31,924 nt of DNA from a virus: positions 1 through 31,924 of the IMG/VR virus record IMGVR_UViG_3300031949_000126; one strand, given 5' to 3'. The notes under the pieces are model-generated. The model had not been told where the DNA came from. It did not search any database and saw nothing but the letters and a program-made list of their open reading frames with translations. This document shows, piece by piece, positions 7,727 to 13,976 of this stretch. The translations under genes were made by a program, and so were the position numbers. Numbering within the stretch: position 1 is the first letter of the stretch; every line of letters starts with the position of its first letter.

Positions 7727-8093
7727 CGCCGTTGTCTCCCGTGTTTTGTTTAATGAATTTTTCCGTTATCGAATATAAATCCCCTGCCGCCATTAATAGC
7801 CGGTGAGCCGTATCCTGCAAATGCTTCACGGCATTCGCCGCGTCCCGGTACAACCGTGTCTCCGGGATGATGTACTCAATGTTTGCCTCAATGCACATTA
7901 CCCCGTACTGCCACTGATGATGAATATTCAGTAGCCTCACGACCCGCCCCGACTTGATTTCAGGTCGCACGTCGAATATTCCCATCGTGAAACTACAAAG
8001 TTCGTCGGCAGTATGCCGTTCCTCGCGCTGCGGTTCGTGGATAAACCAAACCGCGTCTCCGATCTGGAATGGTTTGAATTGATTGTCTTTCAT
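7701..8093 (-). CDS. Hypothetical protein (130 aa)
   Basis: The start was moved to MKDNQF (8093), giving an ATGA overlap with the upstream stop and SD gaggagac. Confidence 0.5.
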   Translation of the reverse strand: MKDNQFKPFQIGDAVWFIHEPQREERHTADELCSFTMGIFDVRPEIKSGRVVRLLNIHHQWQYGVMCIEANIEYIIPETRLYRDAANAVKHLQDTAHRLLMAAGDLYSITEKFIKQNTGDNGDERTNPIQ

Positions 8094-8653
8094 GTCGTTG
8101 TCTCCTCGTTGTCGATTGCCTTCCACAGATGCACATCGTCCATGCGCTTAACCTCAAACGACCGCTTGCACTGCCGGCATTTCAAAACCTTCCGGAGAGT
8201 GAAGACCGCTTTATCATGGACATCGCTACCGCCACAGTCGAAGGGGCAGTAAATCCGGACGAAATCCTGCTTATTAATAACGTCCTGGCAGAGGACATCG
8301 GCAGGATCAACCCTAAGTCCCGTCTGCCAGCCGATTGGTTCCAGCCGGTAGTCTACCCCTGCCGGAGCCGCAATCGTCGCTTGTGGGGCATCCTGGACGC
8401 CGTCCTCGGTCAATAACTGGCCGACAATAGTATTTAAATCTATCTCATCGGCCTCGGAATCATTTGCAGGCATCATCGCGGTTTTCATTTTCCCCGGTGT
8501 ACATATCCATTTGATTTCGATAGAACCGATACCCCCCGTCCAATTTATTTTCCATTCAATTGGTATTAAGGAACCTGATTCAAGAGCGGACAAAATCTCT
8601 TTAAGCCTAATGATGATCTTCTGCGATGGGAAATAAATCTCACGTCGTTTCAT
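8090..8653 (-). CDS. Hypothetical protein (187 aa) with a C-terminal Cys4 zinc-ribbon-like motif
   Basis: The start was moved to MKRREIY (8653), with an ATGA overlap and SD gggagg. Cys motif: CPFDCGG ... CRQCKRSF. Confidence 0.5.
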   Translation of the reverse strand: MKRREIYFPSQKIIIRLKEILSALESGSLIPIEWKINWTGGIGSIEIKWICTPGKMKTAMMPANDSEADEIDLNTIVGQLLTEDGVQDAPQATIAAPAGVDYRLEPIGWQTGLRVDPADVLCQDVINKQDFVRIYCPFDCGGSDVHDKAVFTLRKVLKCRQCKRSFEVKRMDDVHLWKAIDNEETTT

Positions 8654-8841
8654 AACGTCGCCTCCCGTCTGGTGTTCAGCGCATCGCAGATTTCCCATGC
8701 GTCATCCTCGTCCGTTACTTCGCAGATGACCGAATAGTATTGACCGTCCCTAAAGCCAACCTCTATACATTCCTCCCGTTCCCTAATCAAATAATTAGGC
8801 AGTTTCCCGTCTTTCGTCTTGCGGTGAATTTCACCTTTCAT
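8650..8841 (-). CDS. Hypothetical protein (63 aa)
   Basis: ATGA-coupled at both ends; SD ggagg. Confidence 0.5.
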   Translation of the reverse strand: MKGEIHRKTKDGKLPNYLIREREECIEVGFRDGQYYSVICEVTDEDDAWEICDALNTRREATL

Positions 8842-9329
8842 AATGTCGCCTCCAGGTATTTGTGCATCCCGTAAAGAGCCAGTCCGAGCGCGTCGCCCTG
8901 ATGGTCATCGGGCTTTTCGGGTTTGACTTTACTGAGATAGGTGGACTTTAAAAGAAAATCGATTGAAAACTTCTTGGCATCAGCCCGGTTCATAAAGCCT
9001 GCGCCCTGATACCAGATAAGATTCCGCCATTCCGCAGCCGATGCCGTAAAGAATTTAGCCTCGCGCCAGAATTCATTTGTAACCGCTTCACACCATCCCG
9101 ATGTCCTGATAGTTTGAAAGGCCGATTGGATATTTTTTCCGACGTATCCCCATTCGGCACAAACGACTGCGGGATTAATAATCATCGCAAGCATCCATAC
9201 TTTCATATTGCCATAATCCGACGTCTCCACGGTTGTAGCCTTGATGAATTCCCATTTAAACTTCTTGTCGAATTCAATTAGGCACATGCCCGTCTTGGTC
9301 GTGCTCTGGTCTACTCCGAGGCTAATCAA
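8838..9329 (-). CDS. RuvC-like Holliday junction resolvase (163 aa)
   Basis: The N-terminal MISLGVDQSTTKTGMCL places Asp at position 7, as in RuvC ILGIDPG. There is a central acidic CAEWGY and a C-terminal DDHQGDALGLALYG (D-x-x-D-A motif). Confidence 0.65.
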   Translation of the reverse strand: MISLGVDQSTTKTGMCLIEFDKKFKWEFIKATTVETSDYGNMKVWMLAMIINPAVVCAEWGYVGKNIQSAFQTIRTSGWCEAVTNEFWREAKFFTASAAEWRNLIWYQGAGFMNRADAKKFSIDFLLKSTYLSKVKPEKPDDHQGDALGLALYGMHKYLEATL

Positions 9330-9565
9330 GGTCGATCACCTCTGTCCTCGATAAATTTCATAACGTCGCTCAACCGGAACCGCCGCCTGTTGCTTTGCGG
9401 ACTGGCTCCCAAAGTTAGCGTGCATTTCAGCTTCCCGGAGTTTGCATACCGCCGGACAGTCGCATTGCACACGTCGAGCAGGATCGCGGCGTCCCGGAGG
9501 CTGATAATCGGATCATTCAGGATCGTCCATAGCTTGTCGCGTTTGGCGGTGTCCAGTGGCATCAT
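9326..9565 (-). CDS. Excisionase/MerR-type helix-turn-helix DNA-binding protein (about 79 aa)
   Basis: ISLRDAAILLDVCNATVRRYANSGKL fits an HTH_17-like pattern. The start was set at the ATGA overlap (9565). Confidence 0.5.
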   Translation of the reverse strand: MMPLDTAKRDKLWTILNDPIISLRDAAILLDVCNATVRRYANSGKLKCTLTLGASPQSNRRRFRLSDVMKFIEDRGDRP

Positions 9566-9780
9566 TTCCACCCCTTCCATTTCTTGATTGCGATAGCCAA
9601 CTTGTGCATCAGCGTCGAGCCTTTGTCGGCCCAGACTTCCAGCGCGGGAGCCTGAATAAACGTTGCCGATTGTTCCTCGCTAAGGTCGATAACAATCGGC
9701 AGGATCGGCTCGAAAACCTGAGCGGTCAAGCTCTTATCGTCGAGTTGGAAGATTTCAATCGTGGCGATTTTCGTTCTCAT
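9562..9780 (-). CDS. Hypothetical protein (72 aa)
   Basis: ORF coupled at both ends by ATGA overlaps. Confidence 0.5.
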   Translation of the reverse strand: MRTKIATIEIFQLDDKSLTAQVFEPILPIVIDLSEEQSATFIQAPALEVWADKGSTLMHKLAIAIKKWKGWK

Positions 9781-10058
9781 CGTGTTCCTCCTTGTAATTG
9801 ATCGAGTAATGTATTCATTTTCCTTGCCTGCTTATCTACCGCCCTAAAAACTCGTACTTGAATCTTGGGATCAAACTCGCATCCGCAATCCGGGCATTTC
9901 ACCGTATGCGTCCGCTTCGCTTTTTCGATAAGCGCGGTAACGGGATACTTTTTCTTTTCCAGAATCTTTAACCGCTTAGCCTTTTGGATTTGCGGACGAT
10001 CCTGAAAATGCTCGGAGCCGGGAATTTCAGGAAAGTTTTCGGGTAGTGTCAGTGTCAT
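9777..10058 (-). CDS. Hypothetical protein (93 aa) with a CPDCGC motif
   Basis: The start was moved to MTLTLPENF (10058) because of a perfect SD (ccggaggttcacgATG). The longer track ORF overlaps the upstream gene extensively. Confidence 0.5.
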   Translation of the reverse strand: MTLTLPENFPEIPGSEHFQDRPQIQKAKRLKILEKKKYPVTALIEKAKRTHTVKCPDCGCEFDPKIQVRVFRAVDKQARKMNTLLDQLQGGTR

Positions 10059-10314
10059 CGTGAACCTCCGGTGTGTATTTAGTTGAGTCAAACCTTTTAT
10101 TGAAAGGCCCGTCATAATAACGTTCTGTGTGCCCATTGCATACATGTATCCAATTATCATCGTCACCATATGAATCTAATACAGAAGCTACACCCCAACA
10201 CGGTTCTTGCTCTGTTGAATTATCTAAGTAGATGCAATCTCCACCGCAAGAACAAGGCTGATATGAATCGCTGACTGTTACTTCGTCTTCCAAAAGCCCT
10301 TCTATAATTTTCAT
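10027..10314 (-). CDS. Hypothetical Cys/Asp-rich protein (95 aa), in an AT-rich segment
   Basis: ORF in the operon orientation. Contains CSCGGDC ... CWG ... VCNGH. Confidence 0.45.
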   Translation of the reverse strand: MKIIEGLLEDEVTVSDSYQPCSCGGDCIYLDNSTEQEPCWGVASVLDSYGDDDNWIHVCNGHTERYYDGPFNKRFDSTKYTPEVHDDTDTTRKLS

Positions 10315-10329
10315 TTTAGATTCTCCGGT

Positions 10330-10689
10330 TCAAACATCGTGTTCCTCCGGTTCAAGAAACTTCAGATTTTCTTTCGGGTCAAACCATCGGTTTTTAATGA
10401 TATGACCGATTGCATATACTTTATTGCTATCCTGCTTTACCCGAACATTTTTACCTTTCAAATCTGACCATTTCATCACACCGATGACTTCTAAAATCTG
10501 CCGGATATATTCGCAGCCCCATGCTGTCCCGACGCGCTTATTCTGGGTCTTGTCGAATTGATCGAAACAAAACCCGCCAAAGCCCTGTCCCGCCCCATCG
10601 TAATCCAGATCAATCCACGCGGTTAAAAAAGCACCGTCATAATCCAACTGGATTTCGGCATTCTTAATCGTTGCATTAATTATTTCCAT
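10330..10689 (-). CDS. Hypothetical protein (119 aa)
   Basis: Start set at MEIINATI (10689), with SD ggaggg 5 nt upstream. Confidence 0.5.
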   Translation of the reverse strand: MEIINATIKNAEIQLDYDGAFLTAWIDLDYDGAGQGFGGFCFDQFDKTQNKRVGTAWGCEYIRQILEVIGVMKWSDLKGKNVRVKQDSNKVYAIGHIIKNRWFDPKENLKFLEPEEHDV

Positions 10690-10713
10690 CGTATCCCTCC
10701 GGTTCAAAGTTGG

Positions 10714-10761
10714 GGGCTGGCCGGATGTCAGAAAGGGGTGACGTGAATTTCCGACCAGCCC
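10714..10761 (-). other. Long-loop GC hairpin between the annealing-protein candidate and the next gene
   Basis: Minus-sense GGGCTGGTCGG ... (26 nt) ... CCGGCCAGCCC pairs at 10 of 11 positions. There is no U-run, so it is not called as a terminator. Confidence 0.25.
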
Positions 10762-10778
10762 TGGAGTGCAAAATCTGG

Positions 10779-11474
10779 TTATCCTTCCGGTGTCGCTTCG
10801 AGTGATTTCAGATGTGCGATGACCGCTTGCCCTTCATCGTAGGTAAGTTCTGCCGGGTCCGCAGTTCGGCCTTTTGTGTACTCGCTTATCCACTCACCAA
10901 AATCCCGGCTGATTACCTTTTCGGCGATTGCGTAAATCATCTTTACCTGCTTTTCGGTCGGGTGTCCACCGTTTGTCGGCTTGGGTGTTGGCTTGGTTAC
11001 TTTCGCACGCCCCGGTACAGGCTCCCCGTCCTCACTCATTTCGTCAGCGGATACTTCACCGCCCGCTATGAGATCAGATATCGCCCGGTTAGTCGCCCGC
11101 GTTTGAGCCGTCGCGATGATGTCCTGATCCTTATTGAACCGGCGTTCAAATTTGTCAGCACCCCCCCATCCGTCAGAGAACGCACCATTAGGATGCGAAG
11201 CCCGTACAATGAACCATGCGCTTGCTACACGCCCGTCAGCATCACGCTCTACGGCATGAGATAGGATAGCCGTGGAAAGCGTGAAGGCACGCGCCAGACG
11301 CCTCCAGCCGCTTTTCTTTACGAATTCCTTCCCGGCAATCTTCTGGATATCCTCCGGTCGGATAAGCTGCCGTTTGGCAAGGTCGAATTGTAGCATCGCC
11401 TCGGCAACCTGGGTAAGGTTTGCCGGACGGACGATCATGTCTTTCGGTTCCTGTGTGATTTTGTCATCTGTCAT
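10779..11474 (-). CDS. Possible single-strand annealing / recombination protein (231 aa)
   Basis: It lies in an early operon that also contains a resolvase. IIATAQTRATNRAISDLIAGGEVSADE resembles the helix-hairpin segment of Rad52/Sak-like annealing proteins. This is a recollection only. Confidence 0.35.
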   Translation of the reverse strand: MTDDKITQEPKDMIVRPANLTQVAEAMLQFDLAKRQLIRPEDIQKIAGKEFVKKSGWRRLARAFTLSTAILSHAVERDADGRVASAWFIVRASHPNGAFSDGWGGADKFERRFNKDQDIIATAQTRATNRAISDLIAGGEVSADEMSEDGEPVPGRAKVTKPTPKPTNGGHPTEKQVKMIYAIAEKVISRDFGEWISEYTKGRTADPAELTYDEGQAVIAHLKSLEATPEG

Positions 11475-11735
11475 TTATCGTTCGCTCCCGTAACCTAAGA
11501 ATTTGAAATGTGTCGCGGCATCAATGTCGACGCCTTCTAACAGGAAGTATACCCGCGCACCAAAATAACTGTTCTCTCCGACTGACTTGTCAGCAGAGCG
11601 GATGAACGCCCGGCAGATCGCACATCGGGGAATCTTGACGGGTATCTGTCGAACACATAGCTCCCGCCAGTTCGCCGGGATGTGTTTAACCGGATAATTT
11701 GGGGAAGGGCAACTAGATTCAGTTCCTTTGTGCAT
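11475..11735 (-). CDS. Hypothetical protein (86 aa) with a CAIC motif
   Basis: SD gggagcgtgacagATG. The stop abuts the next ATG. Preferred over the overlapping ORF 11537..11779, which lacks coupling and looks Arg/Ser-biased. Confidence 0.5.
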   Translation of the reverse strand: MHKGTESSCPSPNYPVKHIPANWRELCVRQIPVKIPRCAICRAFIRSADKSVGENSYFGARVYFLLEGVDIDAATHFKFLGYGSER

Positions 11736-11880
11736 CTGTCACGCTCCCGATTTTGCAGAGTCGATCCGGTCGTGGACAACCGCCGTCACCGGCGTCGGCG
11801 AAACACTGCCAGTACTCAGGACAGCCGGTGCACGGGCAGGCTTCATCGGATGAGGTTAAGGGGATTAGTCGTGTCGGCAT
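11719..11880 (-). CDS. Candidate 53-aa Cys-rich micro-protein (MPTRLIPLTSSDEACPCTGCPEYWQCFADAGDGGCPRPDRLCKIGSVTDAQRN)
   Basis: Hand-translated ORF. TAATG overlap with the stop of 11880..12482. A strong SD (ggaggag) is supplied by the conserved 3' end of the upstream gene. Seven Cys. Confidence 0.35.
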   Translation of the reverse strand: MPTRLIPLTSSDEACPCTGCPEYWQCFADAGDGGCPRPDRLCKIGSVTDAQRN

Positions 11881-12482
11881 TACTTCTCCTCCCCGTCGAG
11901 CAGGGTCAGGACGCGGTCAACAAAATGCTTCTTCTGCCAGTCACGCTCGGCGGCATAGGCGGCAGAGGCACAGGTACCGGCAGAGGCACAGGCATAGGTA
12001 CCGGCATAGGCGGCATCGGCACAGGCAGAGGCACAGGCATAGGCACAGGCACAGGCGGCATCGGCATAGGTACCGGCATAGGCACAGGCATAGGCACAGG
12101 CACAGGCGGCATCGGCATAGGTATCGGCATAGGCGGCAGAGGCACAGACATAGGTGGCCAGTCTTACTTCCTCAATTGTCGCTTCACCTAGCAACCATTT
12201 CCGCGTTGTCTCGATTGCCGTTCGAGGTCTTTTATCATCAGGATACTTGGCCTCGAAAATTGGCAATACTCTGTCCGCAAAATCGCAGGCGAGTTCAACG
12301 CACATGCGGCGTCCCGCCTCCCCGCCTGTTTTTGCAAGCAGCCAGAACGCCCATGATAATTCCCCGCCCTTTTCGATTACATCGACTGGAGTACCTTCGG
12401 TCAGGCCGATAGACTCCGCCCACGCGATAGCCTCAGAGCAGGCATTGAGTTCTTTGGCTTGTTGAATTGTTGTTTTTAACAT
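11880..12482 (-). CDS. Repeat protein A (200 aa): helical N-domain plus an Ala-X dipeptide array, ending in DRVLTLLDGEEK
   Basis: SD ggag lies 9 nt upstream. The N-domain (AKELNACSEAIAWA ... LPIFEAKYPDDKRPRTAIETTRKWLLGEATIEEV) is followed by ATYVCASAAYADTYADAACACAYACAYAGTYADAACACAYACASACADAAYAGTYACASAGTCASAAYAA. From memory, the N-domain resembles a widespread uncharacterised bacterial/phage family that carries Ala-rich C-terminal repeats. Confidence 0.7.
   Translation of the reverse strand: MLKTTIQQAKELNACSEAIAWAESIGLTEGTPVDVIEKGGELSWAFWLLAKTGGEAGRRMCVELACDFADRVLPIFEAKYPDDKRPRTAIETTRKWLLGEATIEEVRLATYVCASAAYADTYADAACACAYACAYAGTYADAACACAYACASACADAAYAGTYACASAGTCASAAYAAERDWQKKHFVDRVLTLLDGEEK
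11951..12157. repeat. Hexanucleotide-periodic array (GGCAYA/GGCRSM units) containing a 51-bp tandem duplication (12031-12081 and 12082-12132, 1 mismatch)
   Basis: Read directly: gcacaggcataggcacaggcacaggcggcatcggcataggtaccggcatag is followed by the same 51 nt with c to t at 12124. Long spurious ORFs appear in four frames. Confidence 0.9.
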
Positions 12483-12485
12483 GGC

Positions 12486-12800
12486 CTATATCTCCTCCCC
12501 GTCGAGCAGGGTCAGGACGCGGTCAAATGCTCCACAAGCTGCCATGTGTGCAGCCGCCTCCGTTTGGGTGCAATGTCCACGTTCCCAGGCGGTGGCACGT
12601 TCCTTTCGCCACCGCTCGACCTCGGCGCGGAGCCGGGCGCGCTCGGCATAGAGTGTCTTAAGATCACCCAGCGTAATCCAGTGTTTCAACGTACACCACT
12701 TCCCATCATTGTCGATAAACTCAAACATGTTGGGTTCGACCGGATGTATATCGACCCTTACCGCTTTCTCGAACCCTTCAAAAATTGATTCATGTGTCAT
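12486..12800 (-). CDS. Protein B (104 aa), hypothetical, ending in FDRVLTLLDGEEI
   Basis: Start chosen at MTHESIF (12800), with ggag 9 nt upstream. An alternative in-frame ATG lies 15 nt further upstream at 12815; the track's own start at 12842 is a non-ATG codon further up. The last 36 nt are identical to the 3' end of gene A. Confidence 0.6.
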   Translation of the reverse strand: MTHESIFEGFEKAVRVDIHPVEPNMFEFIDNDGKWCTLKHWITLGDLKTLYAERARLRAEVERWRKERATAWERGHCTQTEAAAHMAACGAFDRVLTLLDGEEI

Positions 12801-12804
12801 GTGT

Positions 12805-12865
12805 TCACGCTCCATTCTCAGAATCCCCCCGACCCGCCGCACATCGACGGGCAGGGGAGTAGTTA
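12805..12865 (-). promoter_or_regulatory. Leader cassette copy 1: TAACTACTCCCCTGCCCGTC ... GC hairpin ... CGGGTCGGGGGGATTCTGAGAATGGAGCGTGA
   Basis: 12805-12836 is identical to 13233-13264 (32 nt), and 12846-12865 matches 13404-13423 at 19 of 20 positions. It contains the 11-bp palindrome ATTCTCAGAAT next to the SD. Confidence 0.6.
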
Positions 12866-13228
12866 TTTGATCTGTAATGCCGAGTATAATGCAGAGGCTG
12901 TCGCTTCCTCATAGGCCTTCAATGCAGAGGCTGTCGCTTCCTCATAGACCTTCCATGCAGGGGCTGTCGCTTCCTCATAGACCTTCCATGCAGAGGCTGT
13001 CGCTTCCTCATAGACCTTCCATGCAGGGGCTGTCGCTTCCTCATAGACCTTCCATGCAGGGGCTTTCAGGAAGTTAATCGCAAACCAATCCAGATCGAGT
13101 TTTAATTCAACCGCTCTGTACAAAACATCCAATCTTATCTCAACACCTTCAGGCCACTCAGCCTTGAAGATGTCCACCTGACTCTGACAGGCGTTTTTTT
13201 CGGTTAGCATTTCTTGTGTAATTTTCAT
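12863..13228 (-). CDS. Repeat protein C (121 aa): N-domain with LTEKNACQSQV..WPEG, then AWKVYEEATA(P/S) 11-residue repeats
   Basis: Start chosen at MKITQEM (13228), with ggag upstream; an alternative ATG lies 15 nt upstream. The C-terminal half is APAWKVYEEATAPAWKVYEEATASAWKVYEEATAPAWKVYEEATASALKAYEEATASALYSAL. Confidence 0.65.
   Translation of the reverse strand: MKITQEMLTEKNACQSQVDIFKAEWPEGVEIRLDVLYRAVELKLDLDWFAINFLKAPAWKVYEEATAPAWKVYEEATASAWKVYEEATAPAWKVYEEATASALKAYEEATASALYSALQIK
12891..13064. repeat. About 5.3 tandem copies of a 33-bp unit, with a perfect 66-bp higher-order duplication (12924-12989 equals 12990-13055)
   Basis: Read directly: gcagaggctgtcgcttcctcatagaccttccat alternates with gcaggggctgtcgcttcctcatagaccttccat. 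Confidence 0.9.
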
Positions 13229-13232
13229 CGTG

Positions 13233-13423
13233 TCACGCTCCATTCTCAGAATCCCCCCGACCCGTTTGGCAATTCAGTGAAACCCCTCGCGCCGCTCATT
13301 TTTTCGTTAATCCGGGTGGTTCAATTTCACACCGATTGGCACGGATTCGTCAGGGGCTTCACTCAATTGTCAATGTTCAATCCCCCCGCCCCGCCCCACT
13401 TGGGACGGGTAGGGGAGTAGTTA
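13233..13423 (-). promoter_or_regulatory. Leader cassette copy 2: the same two end blocks as copy 1, split by about 140 nt of extra non-coding sequence
   Basis: 13233-13264 equals 12805-12836, and 13404-13423 matches 12846-12865. The interior holds TTGACA-like hexamers and GC hairpins (CCCGTCCC-aagt-GGGGCGGG). Confidence 0.5.
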
Positions 13424-13430
13424 AGGCTGA

Positions 13431-13646
13431 TTAACAAATCGCTTCACTTATCAAAGTCTCAATGAATCCCTTAAATTCGCTCTGGGTAGTTTCCGCCCAG
13501 TCCTTGCCTCGCCCGTTTTCAACTTCCTGAATCATTTCATCGAACCATCTCCAATCCTCTTTGACCGATCCGGCCTTTGAGTTTCGGAGATGTTCAATAA
13601 AAGCATCTGTCATTCCGTCTGTGATAATAATTGTTACTTTGTCCAT
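13431..13646 (-). CDS. Hypothetical protein (71 aa), first gene of the leftward early operon
   Basis: Start at MDKVTII (13646) with SD ggggag. The track's upstream ATG lies immediately after the predicted -10 box, so it is unlikely to be transcribed. Confidence 0.5.
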   Translation of the reverse strand: MDKVTIIITDGMTDAFIEHLRNSKAGSVKEDWRWFDEMIQEVENGRGKDWAETTQSEFKGFIETLISEAIC

Positions 13647-13688
13647 TTTGCGCTCCCCGGATAAGGTCGGTGCCTTTAAGATGAGCAT

Positions 13689-13717
13689 AGCTTAACAGAT
13701 GGTGTACCCTTTGTCAA
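13689..13717 (-). promoter_or_regulatory. Sigma70-type promoter of the leftward early operon
   Basis: Minus-sense TTGACA - 17 nt - TAAGCT, with the extended context GCTTGACAAAG shared with the repressor promoter. It starts 2 nt after the repressor gene stop. Confidence 0.55.
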
Positions 13718-13718
13718 G

Positions 13719-13925
13719 CTAAATAATCCCTTTTCGTAAATTATTTACGGAAATTTCCATGAGGTGCAGCGTACTCGGACTCGCCTTGCGCTTGCCAGAT
13801 ATCACGTCCTCGACAGTCCGTCGGGATAGCTGGGTCTCCGCTATCAATGCGCTATTGCTGATTCCGTAAGCCTTCATTAACCGTTTGATTTTGTCCAGTT
13901 TGAGGTCGTAAATTTTCTTAGCCAT
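13719..13925 (-). CDS. XRE/Cro-CI-type helix-turn-helix transcriptional regulator (68 aa)
   Basis: KIKRLMKAYGISNSALIAETQLSRRTVEDVISGKRKASPSTL is a typical HTH_3 pattern. The gene faces away from the replication block, with promoters in between. Confidence 0.75.
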   Translation of the reverse strand: MAKKIYDLKLDKIKRLMKAYGISNSALIAETQLSRRTVEDVISGKRKASPSTLHLMEISVNNLRKGII

Positions 13926-13931
13926 GAAAAT

Positions 13932-13960
13932 AAAATATCATAAGGGGTATACTTTGTCAA
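13932..13960 (-). promoter_or_regulatory. Promoter of the XRE regulator gene; predicts a leaderless mRNA
   Basis: Minus-sense TTGACA - 17 nt - TATTTT preceded by TGA (extended -10). Only 6 nt separate the -10 from the ATG, and there is no SD. Confidence 0.5.
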
Positions 13961-13976
13961 GCCGAAATCTTGACAA
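13954..13976. promoter_or_regulatory. Inverted repeat TTGTCAAG-N7-CTTGACAA spanning both divergent -35 boxes (operator candidate)
   Basis: Read directly. These are perfect 8-bp arms centred at 13965. Confidence 0.5.

Noticed and set aside
11951-12157. The Cys/Ser/Thr/Tyr-rich tract as a RiPP (azoline or thiopeptide-type) precursor core
   Set aside because: The tract is internal to a 200-aa protein with a folded N-domain and a conserved C-terminal tail. No cyclodehydratase, dehydrogenase, radical-SAM enzyme or protease is encoded nearby.
11951-12157. G-quadruplex potential of the plus strand (GG runs every 6 nt)
   Set aside because: Only GG doublets are available, so at best two-tetrad structures could form, and these are weak. 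The coding explanation is sufficient. I noted it but have no evidence for it.
11682-12412. Long plus-strand ORFs across the hexamer array (11753..12412, His/Arg repeat HRHRHRY...; 11682..12191, GTGIGTG repeat) and the minus-strand ORF 11906..12151 (PMPVPMPV repeat)
   Set aside because: A 6-nt periodic repeat lacks stop codons in several frames, so these ORFs are by-products. They have no SD or coupling, they run antisense or out of frame to a well-coupled operon gene, and their non-repeat parts look like Arg/Pro-rich antisense noise.
12891-13064. Regular 33-bp repeats that could be mistaken for a CRISPR array
   Set aside because: The copies are directly tandem with no spacers and lie in frame inside a coding sequence. 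No cas genes or leader are present.
13214-13420. 68-aa plus-strand ORF in the 187-nt gap between early genes
   Set aside because: It is antisense to the operon and lies over the duplicated leader cassette. The region is better explained as regulatory RNA or DNA.
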